DNA of 64,000 nucleotides, taken from contig CAWGVP010000006.1 of NCBI GenBank assembly GCA_963826065.1, forward strand, positions 128,336 through 192,335, given 5' to 3'. How positions within the stretch are numbered: position 1 is the stretch's first letter; each line of letters begins with the position of its first letter. This document shows, piece by piece, positions 63,378-64,000 of the stretch. Both the position numbers and the translations under genes were made by a program. The notes under the pieces are model-generated. The model saw nothing but the letters and a program-made list of their open reading frames with translations, made no database searches and had not been told where the DNA came from. This stretch comes from an uncultured Gemmatimonadales bacterium. GTDB taxonomy: Bacteria; Gemmatimonadota; Gemmatimonadetes; Gemmatimonadales; GWC2-71-9.

Positions 63378-64000
63378 AGCCCAGGACGCTGTGGGGCTCG
63401 GGAGCCGGACTCGACCGGCGGCTGCTGGAGCACACTGCGGCCGACGACCGTGCCTGGGATGCTCGCCTCCTGCGCTGGGACGTGCTGGGCAGCCTGGGGC
63501 ACATCGAAGGTCTGCGCGCCTCCGGCCTGCTCGGAGTCCGCGATCACGCGCGCCTCCGCCAGGGTCTGCGTCAGGCGTTGGCCGCGGTGGATCGCGGGCG
63601 GCTGGAGCTGCGCCCCGACCAGGAGGACGTGCACACCGCGATCGAGGAGTGGCTGACCCGACGGCTGCCGGGACTGGGCGAGCGGCTGCACACCGGCCGG
63701 TCGCGCAACGATCAGGTAGCCTGTGATCTCCGGCTCTATCTCAAGGACCGGCTGCTGGCGCTCCACGCCGACGCGCTCGAGCTGACCGGGGGGCTGCTCG
63801 CCTTCGCCGGTCGGCACCGGCAGGTACTCTGGCCGGGCTACACCCATCAGCGGCGGGCGATGCCCTCGTCGGTCGGGCTGTGGGCGGGTGCGCTCGCGGA
63901 AGGACTCCTCGATACCATCGAGGCGCTGGATCAGCTCTGGACTCGGGTGGACCGCTCGCCGCTCGGCAGCGCGGCGGGGTACGGCGTGCCGCTGCCGCTC
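63374..64000 (+). CDS. argH: Argininosuccinate lyase (5' part; continues beyond the window)
   Basis: The ATG at 63374 overlaps the argE stop (ATGA). My own translation gives MKPRTLWGSGAGLD...ERLHTGRSRNDQVACDLRLYLKD...WPGYTHQRRAMP, which are ASL signatures. It is absent from the ORF track because there is no stop inside the window. Confidence 0.9.
   Translation, partial: MKPRTLWGSGAGLDRRLLEHTAADDRAWDARLLRWDVLGSLGHIEGLRASGLLGVRDHARLRQGLRQALAAVDRGRLELRPDQEDVHTAIEEWLTRRLPGLGERLHTGRSRNDQVACDLRLYLKDRLLALHADALELTGGLLAFAGRHRQVLWPGYTHQRRAMPSSVGLWAGALAEGLLDTIEALDQLWTRVDRSPLGSAAGYGVPLPL

Overview
A very GC-rich, densely packed bacterial chromosomal segment. Third codon positions are almost all G/C, which produces many long spurious antisense ORFs. 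I found no rRNA, tRNA, CRISPR array, transposase or integrase. The gene content suggests a diderm soil-type bacterium, possibly Gemmatimonadota- or Acidobacteriota-like, but that is inference only. Left to right: a GroES-like gene, greA, a VanX-type D-Ala-D-Ala dipeptidase and pepP. Then a caa3-type cytochrome c oxidase cluster (ctaC-D-E-F plus the CtaG assembly factor) and an M20 peptidase. Then a four-gene TetR-MFP-RND-OMF efflux operon joined by 4-nt start/stop overlaps. Then a DUF423 / membrane protein / SDR / enoyl-CoA hydratase operon, a hybrid histidine kinase, fabI and a lipoprotein metallophosphoesterase. Then the ybbA-ybbP-like ABC pair divergent from a tesA-like SGNH esterase, a GntR plus class-V aminotransferase pair, and an M16 peptidase / small OM barrel / OsmC / YdjM-like operon. 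Then a three-gene overlapping phosphorelay (hybrid PAS-HK, PAS-GAF-PAS-GAF HK, CheY-like receiver), an AI-2E transporter, and an OmpA protein with thrombospondin-3 repeats divergent from the alpha-2-macroglobulin (thioester CSEQ) plus pbpC pair. Then an AKR / ring-cleaving dioxygenase / carboxylesterase cluster and a tandem M42 peptidase pair. Last is a tightly coupled arginine operon, argG-X-argC-argD-argF'-argB-argE-argH, truncated at the window end. The most interesting observations: (1) an uncharacterised P-loop protein (X) sits inside an arg operon that uses the acyl-ornithine carbamoyltransferase route and has no argA/argJ in the cluster; (2) a palindromic REP/MITE-like element with core GTCATCCTGAGCGnAGCGAAGGAG occurs four times, once as an in-frame 66-nt insertion in pbpC and once supplying the stop codons of two convergent genes; (3) a different, perfect 36-bp inverted repeat lies in frame at the argC/argD junction; (4) argD carries an apparent +1 frameshift; (5) an M42 peptidase is paired with a paralog in which every metal-ligand position is substituted.
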